DNA of 64,000 nt from Balanoglossus misakiensis. Its lineage: Eukaryota; Animalia; Hemichordata. The translations under genes were made by a program, and so were the position numbers. Below the pieces are notes generated by a model. It worked only from the letters and a program-made list of their open reading frames with translations, searched no databases and was not told where the DNA came from. The stretch covers positions 1,143,754 to 1,207,753 of the forward strand of contig CM082596.2 in NCBI GenBank assembly GCA_040954595.2, written 5' to 3'. This document shows positions 60,301-64,000 of the stretch, piece by piece (the first letter of the stretch is position 1; every line of letters begins with the position of its first letter).

Positions 60301-63300
60301 TAAAAATCATGGGTTATAGCTCAGGAAAATCGCGAAAAATCGACCATTTTTCGACTTTGGGAATTTTCGAAATTTGGTGATTTTTGATAAAAATCCATGG
60401 GTTATAGCTCAGGAAAATCGCGAAAAATCGACCATTTTTCGACTTTGGGAATTTTCGAAATTTGGTGATTTTTTGATAAAAATCATGGGTTATAGCTCAG
60501 GAAAATCGCGAAAAATCGACCATTTTTCGACTTTGGGAATTTTCGAAATTTGGTGATTTTTTCATAAAAACCATGGGTTATAGCTCAGGAAAATCGCGAA
60601 AAATCGACCATTTTTCGACTTTGGGAATTTTCGAAATTTGGTGATTTTTTGATAAAAATCATGGGTTATAGCTCAGGAAAATCGCGAAAAATCGACCATT
60701 TTTCGACTTTGGGAATTTTCGAAATTTGGTGATTTTTTGATAAAAATCATGGGTTATAGCTCAGGAAAATCGCGAAAAATCGACCATTTTTCGACTTTGG
60801 GAATTTTCGAAATTTGGTGATTTTTTGATAAAAATCATGGGTTATAGCTCAGGAAAATCGCGAAAAATCGACCATTTTTCGACTTTGGGAATTTTCGAAA
60901 TTTGGTGATTTTTTGATAAAAATCATGGGTTATAGCTCAGGAAAATCGCGAAAAATCGACCATTTTTCGACTTTGGGGAATTTTCGAAATTTGGTGATTT
61001 TTTCATTAAAAAGCATGGGTTATAGCTCAGGAAAATCGCGAAAAATCGACCATTTTCGACTTTGGGAATTTTCGAAATTTGGTGATTTTTTGATAAAAAT
61101 CATGGGTTATAGCTCAGGAAAATCGCGAAAAATCGACCATTTTTCGACTTTGGGAATTTTCGAAATTTGGTGATTTTTTGATAAAAATCATGGGTTATAG
61201 CTCAGGAAAATCGCGAAAAATCGACCATTTTTCGACTTTGGGAATTTTCGAAATTTGGTGATTTTTTTGATAAAAATCATGGGTTATAGCTCAGGAAAAT
61301 CGCGAAAAATCGACCATTTTTCGACTTTGGGAATTTTCGAAATTTGGTGATTTTTTGATAAAAATCATGGTTATAGCTCAGGAAAATCGCGAAAAATCGA
61401 CCATTTTTCGACTTTGGGAATTTTCGAAATTTGGTGATTTTTTGATAAAAATCATGGGTTATAGCTCAGGAAAATCGCGAAAAATCGACCATTTTTCGAC
61501 TTTGGGAATTTTCGAAATTTGGTGATTTTTTGATAAAAATCATGGGTTATAGCTCAGGAAAATCGCGAAAAATCGACCATTTTTTCGACTTTGGGAATTT
61601 TCGAAATTTGGTGATTTTTTGATAAAAATCATGGGTTATAGCTCAGGAAAATCGCGAAAAATCGACCATTTTTCGACTTTGGGAATTTTCGAAATTTGGT
61701 GATTTTTTTGATAAAAATCATGGGTTATAGCTCAGGAAAATCGCGAAAAATCGACCATTTTTCGACTTTGGGAATTTTCGAAATTTGGTGATTTTTTCAT
61801 AAAAAATCATGGGTTATAGCTCAGGAAAAATCGCGAAAAATCGACCATTTTTCGACTTTGGGAATTTTCGAAATTTGGTGATTTTTGATAAAAATCATGG
61901 GTTATAGCTCAGGAAAATCGCGAAAAATCGACCATTTTTCGACTTTGGGAATTTTCGAAATTTGGTGATTTTTTCATAAAAATCATGGGTTATAGCTCAG
62001 GAAAATCGCGAAAACATCGACCATTTTTCGACTTTGGGAATTTTCGAAATTTGGTGATTTTTTGATAAAAATCATGGGTTATAGCTCAGGAAAATCGCGA
62101 AAAATCGACCATTTTTCGACTTTGGGAATTTCGAAATTTGGTGATTTTTTGATAAAATCATGGGTTATAGCTCAGGAAAATCGCGAAAAATCGACCATTT
62201 TTCGACTTTGGAATTTTCGAAATTTGGTGATTTTTTGATAAAAATCATGGGTTATAGCTCAGGAAAATCGCGAAAAATCGACCATTTTTCGACTTTGGGA
62301 ATTTTCGAAATTTGGTGATTTTTTGCATAAAAACCATGGGTTATAGCTCAGGAAAATCGCGAAAAATCGACCATTTTTCGACTTTGGGAATTTTCGAAAT
62401 TTGGTGATTTTTTCATAAAAATCATGGGTTATAGCTCAGGAAAATCGCGAAAATCGACCATTTTTCGACTTTGGGAATTTTCGAAATTTGGTGATTTTTT
62501 GATAAAAACCATGGTTATAGCTCAGGAAAATCGCGAAAAATCGACCATTTTTCGACTTTGGGAATTTTCGAAATTTGGTGATTTTTGATAAAAATCATGG
62601 GTTATAGCTCAGGAAAATCGCGAAAATCGACCATTTTTCGACTTTGGGAATTTTCGAAATTTGGTGATTTTTTGATAAAAATCATGGGTTATAGCTCAGG
62701 AAAATCGCGAAAAATCGACCATTTTTCGACTTTGGGAATTTTCGAAATTTGGTGATTTTTTGATAAAAACCATGGGTTATAGCTCAGGAAAATCGCGAAA
62801 AATCGACCATTTTTCGACTTTGGGAATTTTCGAAATTTGGTGATTTTTTATAAAAAGCATGGGTTATAGCTCAGGAAAATCGCGAAAAATCGACCATTTT
62901 CGACTTTGGGAATTTTTCGAAATTTGGTGTTTTTTGATAAAAATCATGGTTATAGCTCAGGAAAATCGCGAAAAATCGACCATTTTTTCGACTTTGGGAA
63001 TTTTCGAAATTTGGTGATTTTTGATAAAATCATGGGTTATAGCTCAGGAAATCGCGAAAATCGACCATTTTCGACTTTGGAATTTTCGAAATTTGGTGAT
63101 TTTTTGAAAAAAATCATGGGTATAGCTCAGGAAAATCGCGAAAAATCGACCATTTTTCGACTTTGGGAATTTCGAATTTGGTGATTTTTTGATAAAAATC
63201 ATGGGTTATAGCTCAGGAAAATCGCGAAAAATCGACCATTTTCGACTTTGGGAATTTTCGAAATTTGGTGATTTTTTGATAAAAATCATGGGTTATAGCT

Positions 63301-64000
63301 CAGGAAAATCGCGAAAAATCGACCATTTTTCGACTTTGGGAATTTTCGAAATTGGTGATTTTTTGATAAAATCATGGGTTATAGCTCAGGAAAATCGCGA
63401 AAAATCGACCATTTTCGACTTTGGGATTTTCGAATTTGGTGAGTTTTTGTATAAACTCATGGGTTATAGCTCAGGAAAATCGCGAAAAATCGACCATTTT
63501 TCGACTTTGGGAATTTTCGAAATTTGGTGATTTTTGATAAAAAAATCATGGGTAAGCTCAGGAAAATCGCGAAAAAACGACCATTTTTCGACTTTGGGAA
63601 TTTTCGAAATTTGGTGATTTTTGATAAAAATCATGGGTTATAGCTCAGGAAAATCGCGAAAAATCGACCATTTTTCGACTTTGGGAATTTCGAAATTTGG
63701 TGATTTTTCATAAAATCATGGGTATAGCTCAGGAAAATCGCGAAAAATCGACCATTTTTCGACTTTGGAATTTTCGAAATTTGGTGATTTTTTGATAAAA
63801 ATCATGGGTTATAGCTCAGGAAATCGCGAAAAATCGACAATTTTTCGATTTGGGAATTTTCGAAATTTGGTGATTTTTTGATAACAATCATGGGTTATAG
63901 CTCAGATCGACCATTTTTCGACTTTGGGGAATTTTCGAAATTTGGTGATTTTTTTGATAAAACTCATGGGTTATAGCTCAGGGAAAAATCGCGAAAATCG
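51334..64000 (+). repeat. 88-bp satellite subfamily C, forward orientation, ~144 copies, many homopolymer indels; runs off the window
   Basis: Reverse complement of the previous block's unit (atgggttatagctcaggaaaatcgcgaaaaatcgaccatttttcgactttgggaattttcgaaatttggtgatttttt[g/c]ataaaaa). Confidence 0.98.

Noticed and set aside
34000-63530. ORFs such as MGYSSGKSRKIDHF... in the satellite
   Set aside because: Translations of the 88-bp unit; the longer ones arise only where 1-bp indels make 87-bp units.
33680-64000. CRISPR-like regular repeat array
   Set aside because: No unique spacers, the whole 88-bp unit repeats, there are no cas genes, and the context is eukaryotic.

Overview
Eukaryotic (metazoan) genomic DNA with GT-AG spliced genes. 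Gene content suggests an invertebrate deuterostome, but the taxon is inference only. The left half (1-33.2 kb) is compact and gene-dense. It holds (i) the 5' end of a minus-strand ZC3H7-like TPR gene whose intron carries a Tc1/mariner-type MITE inserted in a (TACA)n tract; (ii) two tandem paralogous type II membrane PAPS-dependent carbohydrate sulfotransferase genes, one with a long QPVNVAG heptapeptide-repeat stem; (iii) a complete 40-exon VPS8 gene (~1414 aa by manual exon assembly) with a GC-AG intron and a candidate 12-nt microexon; and (iv) an intronless 1104-aa LRR-Ig-TM receptor nested antisense in the one large VPS8 intron, with a long tyrosine-motif-rich tail. The right half (~33.7-64 kb) is an 88-bp AT-rich satellite array starting just after VPS8. 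It shows layered subfamilies, two orientation flips (~34,677 and ~51,333) and higher-order duplications. The second flip looks like an assembly join. No prokaryotic features, RNA genes or CRISPR arrays were found. All calls come from reading the sequence; no searches were run.
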